64,000 nucleotides of DNA. Origin: Synechococcus sp. Lineage in GTDB: Bacteria; Cyanobacteriota; Cyanobacteriia; Thermostichales; PCC-7336. A model generated the notes under the pieces. The model ran no database searches, was not told where the DNA came from, and saw only the letters and a program-made list of their open reading frames with translations. The stretch spans positions 1 to 64,000 of the forward strand of contig JBFRWN010000017.1 of the NCBI GenBank assembly GCA_051439605.1, in the 5' to 3' direction. The translations under genes were made by a program, and so were the position numbers. Below are positions 1 through 10,203 of this stretch, piece after piece; the stretch's first letter is position 1; every line of letters begins with the position of its first letter.

Positions 1-3000
1 CAGTACATTCGATCCGCAGGATCACGCTTACCAATTTTTTGCCGCCGAAGCACCGGAGCTGTTGCAAACGCTGGAATCAGGGTTGCTTGAATTATCGAGC
101 GACAGCAGCACTGCCCAGGTCCACGAGATGATGCGTGCCGCCCACTCGATTAAAGGGGGGTCGGCCAGCGTGGGGTTAGAGACTATCAAGACGTTAGCCC
201 ACCGCCTAGAAGATTATCTCAAGGCTCTGTACAGCGAAGCAGCTACCGTCGATTTTGAACTGCAAACGTTGCTGCTGCAGGCATTCGACTGTCTGAAATA
301 TTCCCTCCAGTCGCAGCTAGATACCGGAGCGTTTGATGAGGAGCAGGCGTTAGCCACTGCCGATCCCATCTTCACCGCCATTGAAGCGCTTTTAGGGGAT
401 GCCTTAGCGGCATCTGCCAATTTCATCCCCAGTTCCGAGGATTTGGGCATTGATATTGCCGCCTCGATCTTTGAGGTGGATGTGGAGGAAGGATTAACCC
501 GACTAAAAACGGTATTGGCCTCCCCCTCCGAATACGAAGTGGTGGGGGAACTGCGAGCCCAAGCAGAGGTGTTTTCGGGGTTTGCGGAGCTGATTAACCT
601 CAAAGGGTTTGGGGAAATCTGCACCGTCACGATCGCCGCTATCGAGCGGGCTCCCGAACGAATCCTCGACATTGTGGCACTGGCGATTGACGATTTTGAG
701 GCGGGCCGGGACGCCGTCTTGGGGGGCGATCGCTCGATGGGGGGTAGCCCTTCCCCAGCCTTGTTAGCCTTGGCCAATGGAGAAGCCCCCGCTGAATCTA
801 GCGAAGCGGTTACCAGCCCAACAGTAGAAAGCACTGCTCAGGACTCCGAGATACAAGACATTTTTGGGGCGATTGCCGATGAAGATACTGCCGCTGAAGA
901 TTCAATGGCGAACATCAGTCCAGCTGTAGTGACCGCACTAGAAGCAGGCGTTCCGTCTGAAGCAGTAGAGAACGTTTTTGGTGACCTGGCAGCTCAGGCT
1001 GAAACCGGCATGGAGCAGGAAGGGCTGGAGGATATCTTCGGGGCGATCGCTGCTGACAATACTGCCGCTGAAGATCCTGTGGCGAACACCAGTCCGGATG
1101 CAATCACCGCAGTAGAAGCAGGCGTTCCATCTGAAGCAGTAGAGAACGTTTTTGGCGACCTAGCAGCTCAGGCCGAAACCAGCACGGACCAGGAAGAGCT
1201 GGAGGATATCTTTGGGGCGATCGCTGCTGACAATACTGCTGCTGAAGATCCTGTAGCGAACACCAGTCCAGATGCAATCACCACAGTAGAAGCAGGCGTT
1301 CCATCTGAAGCAGTAGAGAGCGTTTTTGGCGACCTAGCAGCTCAGGCCGAAACCAGCACGGACCAGGAAGAGCTGGAGGATATCTTTGGGGCGATCGCTG
1401 CTGAAGGTACCCCTATTGAAAGCGATTTGCCTACAACAGAGATTTCTACTGATGCTCTTGCCAGTGCAACACCAGAAGCTGAATCTGAAATAACTGAATC
1501 TGAAATAGCCGAACCTGTAACGGCTAAATCGGAGACGGCCAAACCTGTAACGGCTGAACCCGCAAAAGCTGAACCGATAGCTGAATCGACACAGGGACAA
1601 ACCGACACCCCTCAGTTACCCATTGAAACGGCCCTGCAGAAGCTACAGCAGAATATTGCCAACCTGCAACCAGACCCAGAGGTGGCAAATAGAGATCGGG
1701 TCAATCTACAATCCTCCAAGACCGAGTCTCAGAAACCCCGCTCCACCGCTGCTGCTTCTCCCGCCAAATCCGCTCCCAAAGTCGCTCGTTCCACCGTACG
1801 TGTGGAAACCGATCGCCTCGACCGCATGGGTAACCAAGTGGGCGAGCTGTCCATTATGCAAAACAGTTTGGCACTGCAGAATTCCCAATTGCAGGCGGCT
1901 ATTCGAGAACTGCAGCGCCGAAGTCATTTGTTCCAGACCTACGTTAAACAGGTGAGAGCGATCGCCGACGAGCTAGCGGTTGATCCCGAAGGATACAGTA
2001 AGCGAAACTCTGACCCATCCGCCGCAGGCGAGAGTCACTGGGGGGATGCAGCAGAGTTCGATTCCTTGGAAATGGATCGCTACAGCACCCTGTATTCCTC
2101 CCTGCAAACCCTGCTAGAAGAATCCGCTCAGCTGGAAGAAGCCTCCGACGACGTTGTGCTCTATTCCCGACAGTCCAACCAAACGTTAGGGCGACAGCAG
2201 CAGCAACTGGAACAACTCCGGGACGAACTGACATGGGCCCGCATGTTGCCCCTCAATAACGTGCTGCAACGATTCCCGCGGACCGTCCACGAGATGTGCG
2301 GGAAATATGGCAAGCGAGTCAATTTAACTTTGGACGGCACGGGGGTGTTGGTCGATAAATCCGTGTTGGAAAAAATCTACGATCCCTTGTTGCATCTTAT
2401 GCGCAATGCATTCGACCACGGCATCGAACCGCCAGAAGCTCGACGGCAAGCGGGTAAACCCGAGCAAGGGACAATTGCCATTCGCGCCTACCACCAGGGC
2501 AGCGAAACCGTGATTGAAATCAGCGATGACGGAAAAGGCATCGATCCCGAACGCATTCGCCAAAAAGCAATGGCATTAGGCTTGGCGAGTGCCGAGCAGC
2601 TACGGCAGATTCCTGAGGCGCGTCTGGTTGACTTCCTGTTCGAATCCGGTTTTTCTACTGCGGAGAAAGTCAGCGACCTGTCCGGACGCGGAGTTGGGCT
2701 CGATGTGGTGAGGGTACAGTTGCGGGAATTGAAGGGGGCCGTGAATATCTCCTCAACCCCCGGAAAAGGAACCACCTTTACCCTCCGCCTGCCGCTCACC
2801 CTCACCATGACCAAGCTGGTGGTTTGTATGGCTGGCTCATCAGCAGTGGCCGTTCCCTCCGACAATATTGCAGAAATCGAAGTTCCCACCCCCTCAGATA
2901 TCAAGGTTTCCGGACAGCAGCGCTATTTGGCTTGGCGCGATCGCCTGGTACTCATTCGCCCACTGTCCAGCCTGATAAACTATGCCTGCCCCATATCGAC

Positions 3001-3724
3001 CCCCCCTGAAAGTCAAGCCCTCAAACCCATTCAAACCCCACAAGACTGGGCCTTTCCGATCTTGGTTATCAAAATTGGAACTGAGTATACGGGCATCGAG
3101 ATCGATCGACTCGTAACCGAGCAAGAGTTGGCGGTCAAACCCTTCGGTGCGGCCATGTCTCCTCCGGCTTATCTCTACGGCTGTACGGTCATGGCTGACG
3201 GTACGCTTGTTCCCGTTGTTGATGCGATTTCAATATTGGATCGGACAAAGGGTTCAACCGGAACCTACCAGACTTCATTACCCGTATCCGATTCTGAAGG
3301 AGATCGCCAATCGGCATTCCAGCAGCGTCAGGTAGCCACAATCTTGATTGTGGATGATTCTGTCGCCCAACGCCGTTCCCTCAGTCAAAGCTGCCAGCGA
3401 GCCGGTTATCGGGTGCTCCAGGCCAGCAACGGCCAAGAGGCCCTTGCCCAACTAGAGCAGGCCGACAGGGTGGATGGCATTATTTGTGACATTGAAATGC
3501 CGAAAATGAACGGCTTTGAATTCTTGACCGTTCGCCGACAAACCCTGCGCTTTGCCCAAATTCCCGTCACCATGCTGACATCCCGCAGCAGCCAGAAACA
3601 CCGACAGCTGGCTTTGAAGTTGGGAGCAGGCGCCTATTTGACTAAGCCCTATCTGGAACAGGAACTGCTGTCCACATTGCGTTCCATGTGTGAGTCTTCT
3701 TCTCCGTCCACAGTTGCTACTTAA
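1..3724 (+). CDS. cheA: CheA-like hybrid chemosensory histidine kinase (Hpt, acidic linker, HATPase, CheW, REC); 5' end probably outside the window
   Basis: Hpt motif RAAHSIKG; HLMRNAFDHGIE, ISDDGKGID and SGRGVGLDVV kinase boxes; CheW domain; C-terminal receiver (IVDDS...CDIEMP...TKP). The frame is open from position 2 (STFDPQDHAYQFFAAEAPELL), so the true start is upstream of the track start at 62. Confidence 0.95.
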   Translation, partial: STFDPQDHAYQFFAAEAPELLQTLESGLLELSSDSSTAQVHEMMRAAHSIKGGSASVGLETIKTLAHRLEDYLKALYSEAATVDFELQTLLLQAFDCLKYSLQSQLDTGAFDEEQALATADPIFTAIEALLGDALAASANFIPSSEDLGIDIAASIFEVDVEEGLTRLKTVLASPSEYEVVGELRAQAEVFSGFAELINLKGFGEICTVTIAAIERAPERILDIVALAIDDFEAGRDAVLGGDRSMGGSPSPALLALANGEAPAESSEAVTSPTVESTAQDSEIQDIFGAIADEDTAAEDSMANISPAVVTALEAGVPSEAVENVFGDLAAQAETGMEQEGLEDIFGAIAADNTAAEDPVANTSPDAITAVEAGVPSEAVENVFGDLAAQAETSTDQEELEDIFGAIAADNTAAEDPVANTSPDAITTVEAGVPSEAVESVFGDLAAQAETSTDQEELEDIFGAIAAEGTPIESDLPTTEISTDALASATPEAESEITESEIAEPVTAKSETAKPVTAEPAKAEPIAESTQGQTDTPQLPIETALQKLQQNIANLQPDPEVANRDRVNLQSSKTESQKPRSTAAASPAKSAPKVARSTVRVETDRLDRMGNQVGELSIMQNSLALQNSQLQAAIRELQRRSHLFQTYVKQVRAIADELAVDPEGYSKRNSDPSAAGESHWGDAAEFDSLEMDRYSTLYSSLQTLLEESAQLEEASDDVVLYSRQSNQTLGRQQQQLEQLRDELTWARMLPLNNVLQRFPRTVHEMCGKYGKRVNLTLDGTGVLVDKSVLEKIYDPLLHLMRNAFDHGIEPPEARRQAGKPEQGTIAIRAYHQGSETVIEISDDGKGIDPERIRQKAMALGLASAEQLRQIPEARLVDFLFESGFSTAEKVSDLSGRGVGLDVVRVQLRELKGAVNISSTPGKGTTFTLRLPLTLTMTKLVVCMAGSSAVAVPSDNIAEIEVPTPSDIKVSGQQRYLAWRDRLVLIRPLSSLINYACPISTPPESQALKPIQTPQDWAFPILVIKIGTEYTGIEIDRLVTEQELAVKPFGAAMSPPAYLYGCTVMADGTLVPVVDAISILDRTKGSTGTYQTSLPVSDSEGDRQSAFQQRQVATILIVDDSVAQRRSLSQSCQRAGYRVLQASNGQEALAQLEQADRVDGIICDIEMPKMNGFEFLTVRRQTLRFAQIPVTMLTSRSSQKHRQLALKLGAGAYLTKPYLEQELLSTLRSMCESSSPSTVAT
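857..1404 (+). repeat. Intragenic tandem repeat, 174 bp (58 aa), 3 full copies plus a partial fourth
   Basis: DIFGAIA... units start at 857, 1031, 1205 and 1379. Copies 2 and 3 are nearly identical at the DNA level. Confidence 0.95.
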
Positions 3725-3738
3725 TCGTTGTTATTGAC

Positions 3739-4257
3739 ATGGTTGCTATTCCCGCTCCTTTCACCCTTTCCCCCAGTCCTCTATCCTCCTCTTCTGAGAC
3801 GACGACTAAATTTCTTACCCTTTGTATCGAGACGCTAACCCTGATTGTGCCTCTGAGATCGGTCTACCGAATTCTCTCGAATACGGACGTTCATAATACC
3901 GGTCAGGTGGGTTATGGAATTGCCCATCTTGACGAGTTAGAAATTTCGGTTGTGAACCTTCACCACCATTTGTTTAAGCAAGAAATGGCTCAGCCCGGTG
4001 ATGGGAGCGATCGCTCTTTTGCCAGTTATCTCGTCACGATTCAGAATCAGACAGGCGAGCTGTTTGGTATTCCGGTCGACCTTGCTCCAACGCTAATGGA
4101 TGTTCCGGTCTCTGCAATTCGAAAGTTACCGGATACTTACCGACAAGTGGATACGTTGGGGATTGCCAGTCACGTGGCGGTAATTGAAGGGTCGGGCAAT
4201 CCTGCTACGGTCTTTGTCCTGGATATCGATGGGTTTATGAAACTAGCTTGTGCTTAG
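3739..4257 (+). CDS. cheW: CheW-like coupling protein
   Basis: 14 bp after cheA; resembles cyanobacterial CheW-like proteins (GELFGIPV...P.LMDVP..AIR.LP..YR..DTLGIASHVA). Confidence 0.85.
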   Translation: MVAIPAPFTLSPSPLSSSSETTTKFLTLCIETLTLIVPLRSVYRILSNTDVHNTGQVGYGIAHLDELEISVVNLHHHLFKQEMAQPGDGSDRSFASYLVTIQNQTGELFGIPVDLAPTLMDVPVSAIRKLPDTYRQVDTLGIASHVAVIEGSGNPATVFVLDIDGFMKLACA

Positions 4258-4346
4258 GCATAATCTTAAAGCCAGCTCGGTTTAAATGAGAATCACCCGA
4301 TGACACGTGTAAACAGCTGGTGCTACACTACAAAAGCCAAAATCAT

Positions 4347-4420
4347 GGCGGGCGTAGCCAAGTGGTTAAGGCATCGGATTGTGGTTCCGACATTCGGGAG
4401 TTCGAGTCTCCTCGTCCGCC
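4347..4420 (+). tRNA. trnH: tRNA-His (GUG), G-1 encoded, CCA not encoded
   Basis: Acceptor GCGGGCG/CGTCCGC, D arm TAGCCAAGTGGTTAAGGCA, anticodon arm TCGGA-TTGTGGT-TCCGA, T arm GGGAG-TTCGAGT-CTCCT. Confidence 0.96.
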
Positions 4421-4433
4421 CTTCAAAATAATC

Positions 4434-4475
4434 AAAAAAACAGAGGGATGCTTAAAGAGCATCCCTCTGTTTTTT
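4434..4475. terminator. Bidirectional intrinsic terminator between tRNA-His and desA
   Basis: A7-CAGAGGGATGCT-taaag-AGCATCCCTCTG-T6: perfect 12-bp stem with A/T tracts on both sides. Confidence 0.9.
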
Positions 4476-4501
4476 ATAACGACCTTCTAGAACCTTGAAC
4501 T

Positions 4502-5548
4502 CTACGATTCAACTGCAGAAAAGGGAATGTAGGCAGTTTCAGGATGGTAGATGTGGCATTCCTGAACCACGCGCTTCATCATGTCCCAGTTGAACTGGGT
4601 TTCAATCAGGTACTCACCCCAGTTCTCCTTCAGACTGGCATGAGCGGCCCGTAAGTTATAAGAAGGAATACCCACAGAAATGTGGTGGGGGATATGAACG
4701 TTAATGTCGTGGCACAACACTTCAATCCATTTGGGATAGTCGCAGTGAACGGTACCCGCTAGCTGAGAAGTAGCGGCATGCCACTTGTCCTCGGTATAGA
4801 ACTGAATATTGGGGGTGGTGTGGTGCACGATGGTGAAGGTGCTCATCCAGAAGTGGTAGCCCAACCAAGGCATAACCCAGAACTTAACGAAGCCCCAAAC
4901 CCCCAGAGTCCAGATCAGGGTGGGGAAAGCAACGGCAGCACCCACGATGACGAAAGCCGCAGAAAAGATGAACTTGCTGCGATCGCGCTCCTTCACTGAC
5001 GAAGGGTTGAAGTGGTGCATTGCCCAGTGGAACACGGATGCGATCCACCAGAAGGCACCGCGCAAAGATTTGTACAAGCGGCGCACGAAAGGATTCTCAT
5101 TTTTGTACACCTCTTCTGTCCAAGGGTGCCAAGCGTTGTCGACATTCAACTTGTTGGTGTGCAGGTGGTGAGTGTCGTGGTGGATGCGCCAGCCGTGGAA
5201 GGGATAAATCAACGGCAGCATGGCCAGATGGCCGACGATATCGTTCACCCAATTATTTTTCGCGAAGGAGCGATGGGCACAATCGTGACCGATCACGAAG
5301 AAACCCGTCAGCGCCGTGCCAGTGAAAAACCATGCGAAGGGCAGCAAATACCAAGGGGAGAATGCGATCGCCGCGTAGCCCAAGATTGACGAAGCAATGG
5401 TGATAGCCACAGCGCGCCAAGCTTTGAGGCGGTTTTTTTCAAATACCTCTTTCGGGAGGCTGCGAATAATATCTCGCAGCTTAGTACTCTCATCGAGCGT
5501 GTAAACAGCTTGAGTTTGCGGTGCAGCTCTTTCAGTCGTTGCAGTCAT
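4502..5548 (-). CDS. desA: Acyl-lipid delta-12 (omega-6) desaturase
   Basis: Three His boxes (GHDCAH, HHDTHH, HIPHH) and [11 protein letters not shown], typical of cyanobacterial DesA. Confidence 0.9.
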   Translation of the reverse strand: MTATTERAAPQTQAVYTLDESTKLRDIIRSLPKEVFEKNRLKAWRAVAITIASSILGYAAIAFSPWYLLPFAWFFTGTALTGFFVIGHDCAHRSFAKNNWVNDIVGHLAMLPLIYPFHGWRIHHDTHHLHTNKLNVDNAWHPWTEEVYKNENPFVRRLYKSLRGAFWWIASVFHWAMHHFNPSSVKERDRSKFIFSAAFVIVGAAVAFPTLIWTLGVWGFVKFWVMPWLGYHFWMSTFTIVHHTTPNIQFYTEDKWHAATSQLAGTVHCDYPKWIEVLCHDINVHIPHHISVGIPSYNLRAAHASLKENWGEYLIETQFNWDMMKRVVQECHIYHPETAYIPFSAVES

Positions 5549-5901
5549 ATACCGGAGAATTCTCCATGGTTGGAAGGTGAATCGCTTCGCACGGTAGCAA
5601 TCGGGCTACCTGCACAAAAGTCTCATTATAAGAGGACAGCCTGAGGGGAAGCCAGCCTGTCTGCCACTTGGCTCCTCAAATTGAGAGCTTAACTAGGCCG
5701 TAACGAAAGATGAGGAGTCTTAAGAAACCTTTACATTTATATCACGCAGCAGGCAAGGATTGATGGGGGGTTAACCCTCCGCTGTGCTGAGTAAATATAG
5801 CTCTTGCCGCACCCGTATCCAGTCATAAAATCGCGAAGGTTTGACCATTAGTTTGAAATTGGTTTGCCATAGTTAAGGGGTGCGTTCATCACTAGCCAAT
5901 T

Positions 5902-7326
5902 GTGTTTCCTAGCGATCGCTCCAGTCCCCTTTCCTCGAATTCCGACAGAACCGATGGGTCGGTTGTAGATTCTTCCCATTTAATCCCTTCTAGTCATGAG
6001 GATTCCAGCCCTCCCCATTCTCCCAACAGCCTTTCCAATAGTGCCGACCTAGATAGCGATCTTGCTCCCCCAAAGCAAGGGCAGCCTTCAAGCGGTAGCG
6101 GACAGACCAATGTAATCATGTCCGCTTGGCAAGCGATTGCCCCCTCCTTCCAACAGATATTGGGCAAAGATATCTGGAGGGGTGACAGCGATCGCATAGC
6201 AGAAATTTTGACCCGAGTGCGGCAGGAACTGCCCATCACTGAGGCACTGCTGGTGGGCAAACCCCAGGCAGGCAAAAGCTCGATCGTGCGCGGTCTGACG
6301 GGGGCACCGACGACCATTGTGGGGCAAGGGTTTCGTCCCCACACTCAGCACACACAACAGTATGCCTATCCCTCTGACGAGCTACCGCTGTTGATTTTTA
6401 CGGACACCGTCGGCTTGGGGGATATCCAACAAGATACCCAGTCGGTGGTGGAAGAGTTGCTTGCGGATTTACGCGAGAAACCCTTGGGGGCACGTTTGTT
6501 TATTCTCACGGTCAAAATCAATGACTTTGCCACCGACAACCTACGCCAGATTGCGTCACAGTTGCGGCAAGCTCATCCTGAAATTCCCTGCCTATTGGCG
6601 GTGACCTGCCTGCACGAACTCTATCCAGCGGCAATCCAGCAGCATCCCGCTTATCCTCCTGACTACGACGACATTTCCCGCTCCTATCAAACCCACCAAC
6701 AGACTTTTGTTGGTCTGTACGATCGCTCGCTTCTTCTAGATTTCACCCTCGAAGAAGACGGCTTTGACCCAACTTTTTACGGATTAGAAGAGTTGAGAGA
6801 TATCCTCGCGAACCTGTTGCCGGAAGCAGAAGCGAAGGCGATCGCCCAGTTGCTGGCAGGAGAAGGTCACAGTGCCAGCACGCAGATTGGGGCAGTTTAT
6901 CGAGAAGCGGGACGACGATATTCCATGGCTTTTGCCGTCATGGCAGCAGCGGTATCGGCGGTGCCGCTGCCCTTTGCCACCATGCCGATGTTGACGGCAC
7001 TGCAAATTTCGCTGGTGGGACTGCTAGGTAAGCTTTACGGACAGGTGCTCTCCCCATCGCAGGTGGGGGGAATTGCCAGCACTATAGCGGGGGGCTTTTT
7101 AGCGCGGGCAGTGGGGCGAGAATTGCTGAAATTCGTGCCGGGTCTGGGAAGCGCGATCGCTGCCTCTTGGGCAGCAGCCTATACTTGGGCGCTGGGAGAG
7201 GGAGCCTGCGTTTATTTTGGTGATTTAATGGGGGGCAAGAACCCCAGCCCAGAAAAAATTCGCACCACTATCGAACAGGCGTTTGAGGAAGCAAAAGAGC
7301 GATTTAAGTCAGTAAATACACAGTAG
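5902..7326 (+). CDS. P-loop GTPase with C-terminal DUF697/YcjF-like membrane domain; start may be further downstream
   Basis: G1 GKPQAGKSS, G3 DTVG, Gly/Ala-rich hydrophobic C-terminus, low-complexity N-terminus. Confidence 0.75.
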   Translation: MFPSDRSSPLSSNSDRTDGSVVDSSHLIPSSHEDSSPPHSPNSLSNSADLDSDLAPPKQGQPSSGSGQTNVIMSAWQAIAPSFQQILGKDIWRGDSDRIAEILTRVRQELPITEALLVGKPQAGKSSIVRGLTGAPTTIVGQGFRPHTQHTQQYAYPSDELPLLIFTDTVGLGDIQQDTQSVVEELLADLREKPLGARLFILTVKINDFATDNLRQIASQLRQAHPEIPCLLAVTCLHELYPAAIQQHPAYPPDYDDISRSYQTHQQTFVGLYDRSLLLDFTLEEDGFDPTFYGLEELRDILANLLPEAEAKAIAQLLAGEGHSASTQIGAVYREAGRRYSMAFAVMAAAVSAVPLPFATMPMLTALQISLVGLLGKLYGQVLSPSQVGGIASTIAGGFLARAVGRELLKFVPGLGSAIAASWAAAYTWALGEGACVYFGDLMGGKNPSPEKIRTTIEQAFEEAKERFKSVNTQ

Positions 7327-7713
7327 TCAATTACTGTTTTGAGATCGCGATGGTCAAGTCGCTGATAATAGTCATTTGGCTCGAAACCCCGGCTGGATAT
7401 AGATATTTTTTCCCTAACTGAAATGGCCCCAGCTGTTTTGAAAACGCCCGTAAAGGATAGTTCTAAAAAAAAACAGGCAGTTCTCCTATTCAAGAATCTC
7501 GCGTGCATACACTGATTCAATCTAGAGCTACGTCAGGCTAGTAGCTTGCGGTGGACATCGGAGTTTGCATCTCTTGCATTCCCCTCTCCTCAGGCACGCT
7601 TCTCTGCCAAAGACCGAGCGACATCGAGTTCATCACCACTGGCTGCAGTTATTCGGTAGCCGATGCTGGAACGATGGGCGATCGCAGCGCGAGATATGAA
7701 CGGGAATTAACAA

Positions 7714-9597
7714 ATGGCTGCTCAAGAAAAATCATCCCCTCAGCAAAAACCCTATCGCTATAACTACACCCATATCGAGCCCATTGCGATGGCCGATGAT
7801 TTGCCCCCAGGGGAAAATTTTGCCACCGATTGGATTGTTCAGACTGCCAAAGTTGCCCTCACAATTGCCATTAATAACTTAATGGTTAATTCAGAACTGA
7901 ATACGAAAGAAGAAGTCAAAGACAAAATTCGCCATATCCTGCGGAAAGCATTTCGCAAAACCTTAAAGGAAGAGGGACGAGCTGGCCGGCTGAAAATCTA
8001 CGGATCGGTGGTACGCGTTGTCCCCCAACTGCTGTTTAAAGGATTTCCCTCCACTGAAGATGAAGTGGAGGCTTTCCTTGATTCTGCTCCCGTCAAAAGC
8101 TTAGGAGATAACTTCCTCAAGCCCTTTGCCTCTAACGTGCTGCAACAACTGGATGAAGAAACCCGAGGCCCTGAAAATGCCTCGAGCCTGGATGACTACC
8201 GCAAACAGTTTAAATACCTTGAACTCCCCGAAATTGCCAACACATTTTTAGAGGACGAAGTTTTTGCCTACATGCGGGTGGCGGGCCCCAACCCGCTAAT
8301 GATTGAGCGCATGACACAGCCCCTCGATCGCTTCCCTGTCTCCGAAGCACAGTTCAAGGAGGTCATGGGGGAATCTGATTCTATGGCGGCAGCCATGGAA
8401 GACGGTCGAGTGTACGTTCTGGATTACGCCATAACCCAAGGGGCAATCAACGGTACTTTTGGCCCCCGTCCCGAAAAGCAAAAGTATTTGTACGCTCCGA
8501 TCGCGATGTTTGCCGTCCCCGCCGGCGATCATCCCCATAAGTTATTAAAACCGGTGGCCATCAAATGCGGTCAATCGGACGCCTATCCAGTCATTACCCC
8601 CGCAACTGGCGAATACGCCTGGCGATCGGCCAAGACTGTTGTGCAAGTGACCGATGCCAACTTCCACGAGGCAGTATCCCACCTAGCCCGCACCCACTTA
8701 CTGACCGAGCCCTTTGTGTTGGCCACCCATCGGCAATTGCCCACCGACCATCCCCTCTACAAGCTCTTAATTCCTCATTTTGTGGGGACACTAGCCATTA
8801 ATAACGCTGCCCAAGAGAAGCTGATTGCACCCCTGGGTGGAGTCAATGGCTTGCTGTCTGCCAGTATCGATCAGGCTCGAGTGTTGGCGGTGACTGGCCT
8901 AAAGATGCGCGGCTTCAATGCAGATTGGTTGCCAGTGCGCCTCAAGGATCGCGGCGTTGATGACACACAGGCGCTGCCAGTTTATCCCTACCGCGACGAT
9001 GCACTGCTGATTTGGGAGGCGATTCAGAATTGGGTGAAGGCCTACATCGATATCTACTACGGCACCGATGAAGCCGTGGCCGGGGATAAGGAGCTTCAGG
9101 ATTGGGCTCAAGAGATTATCGCCTTTGATGGGGGTCGTCTCTACGACTTTGGGGATGCTGGCGATGGAGCAATTGCCTCAGTGGACTATCTTGTCAATGC
9201 AGTGACAATGATTATCTTTACAGCCAGTGCCCAACATGCAGCCGTGAACTTTCCCCAAAAAGGGATTATGAGCTACGTTCCCGCGATGCCGACCGCTGGA
9301 TACTCTCCTGCCGAGAACATTGGTCCAGAGACCACGGAAGAAGACTGGTTCAAGCTGTTGCCACCATTGGAACAGGCGCAGTCGGGGATCAATCTGCTGA
9401 CCTTGTTAGGTTCGGTTTACTACAATCGCCTGGGACATTACGATCCGGGATATTTCGACGAGAATGTCACGTCCCATCTAGAAGTGTTCCAAAAGCGGTT
9501 ACAAGAAATTAGCGCCATCATCGATCGCCGCAACCTCGATCGCCCAGATTACGATTACCTCAAGCCGGAGAAGATTCCCCAAAGCATTAATATCTAG
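7714..9597 (+). CDS. Non-heme iron lipoxygenase (cyanobacterial type, no PLAT domain seen)
   Basis: AGPNP, HEAVSHLARTH, YPYRDDA, HAAVNFPQ and C-terminal SINI-Ile iron ligands. Confidence 0.95.
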   Translation: MAAQEKSSPQQKPYRYNYTHIEPIAMADDLPPGENFATDWIVQTAKVALTIAINNLMVNSELNTKEEVKDKIRHILRKAFRKTLKEEGRAGRLKIYGSVVRVVPQLLFKGFPSTEDEVEAFLDSAPVKSLGDNFLKPFASNVLQQLDEETRGPENASSLDDYRKQFKYLELPEIANTFLEDEVFAYMRVAGPNPLMIERMTQPLDRFPVSEAQFKEVMGESDSMAAAMEDGRVYVLDYAITQGAINGTFGPRPEKQKYLYAPIAMFAVPAGDHPHKLLKPVAIKCGQSDAYPVITPATGEYAWRSAKTVVQVTDANFHEAVSHLARTHLLTEPFVLATHRQLPTDHPLYKLLIPHFVGTLAINNAAQEKLIAPLGGVNGLLSASIDQARVLAVTGLKMRGFNADWLPVRLKDRGVDDTQALPVYPYRDDALLIWEAIQNWVKAYIDIYYGTDEAVAGDKELQDWAQEIIAFDGGRLYDFGDAGDGAIASVDYLVNAVTMIIFTASAQHAAVNFPQKGIMSYVPAMPTAGYSPAENIGPETTEEDWFKLLPPLEQAQSGINLLTLLGSVYYNRLGHYDPGYFDENVTSHLEVFQKRLQEISAIIDRRNLDRPDYDYLKPEKIPQSINI

Positions 9598-9620
9598 TCA
9601 GCCATGAACTTTGCGTTGAA

Positions 9621-9995
9621 ATGGAGTTGATAGGGCATCTAGAAAGTACCTTGGCTGGATTTGCCGGACTTCTGAAAGTTGCTTTAGAAGCGCTATCTAT
9701 CCTGTGCATCTTACTGGGATTGTTATCCACCATTCGATTAGCTCTGGTTCAGTCTTTTCGCCTGCAAGACAACCGCTTCGTGCTGTTGCGACTGCTATTC
9801 GGCTCTTGGCTAGCTCTGGCTCTGGAGTTCCAATTGGGAGCCGATATTATTTCCACTACAATCGCCCCTTCATTTGAAGCCCTCGGTAAATTAGGGGCGA
9901 TCGCCTTAATTCGGACGTTCCTCAACTTCTTCCTAAATAAGGAGTTGGAAGCAGAAGCCAAACAGCAAGCGGCCATACCTGAGACCAACAAGTAA
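9621..9995 (+). CDS. DUF1622 family small membrane protein
   Basis: [17 protein letters not shown]...T.AP...LG.IA.IRTFLNFFL.KE signature. Confidence 0.85.
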   Translation: MELIGHLESTLAGFAGLLKVALEALSILCILLGLLSTIRLALVQSFRLQDNRFVLLRLLFGSWLALALEFQLGADIISTTIAPSFEALGKLGAIALIRTFLNFFLNKELEAEAKQQAAIPETNK

Positions 9996-10203
9996 ATCGA
10001 ACAGACTCCCAGGAGGGTAACCTATTCAATACAACATATCGTGACGGTTAGCAGCATCAATCACCCTTAGGGCAAGGATTACAAACTTGCCAAGAGGACG
10101 TAATCCAACAAACATCTGCGATACGGTTTGAGGCAGTGGATAGATATACTGCAAAGGGTATTCTTGAATGAGCTAGTATTATTTCTTACTTCATGCGGCA
10201 CCT

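Noticed and set aside
857..1404. Repeat array as a CRISPR
   Set aside because: Units are 174 bp, in frame and coding, with no unique spacers and no cas genes.
4347..4500. tRNA-His as an island attachment site
   Set aside because: No integrase, and I noticed no duplicated tRNA 3' end in the window.
5720..5740. HLR1/RpaB direct repeat upstream of desA
   Set aside because: Half-sites TTAAG and TTACA are 11 bp apart instead of 10.
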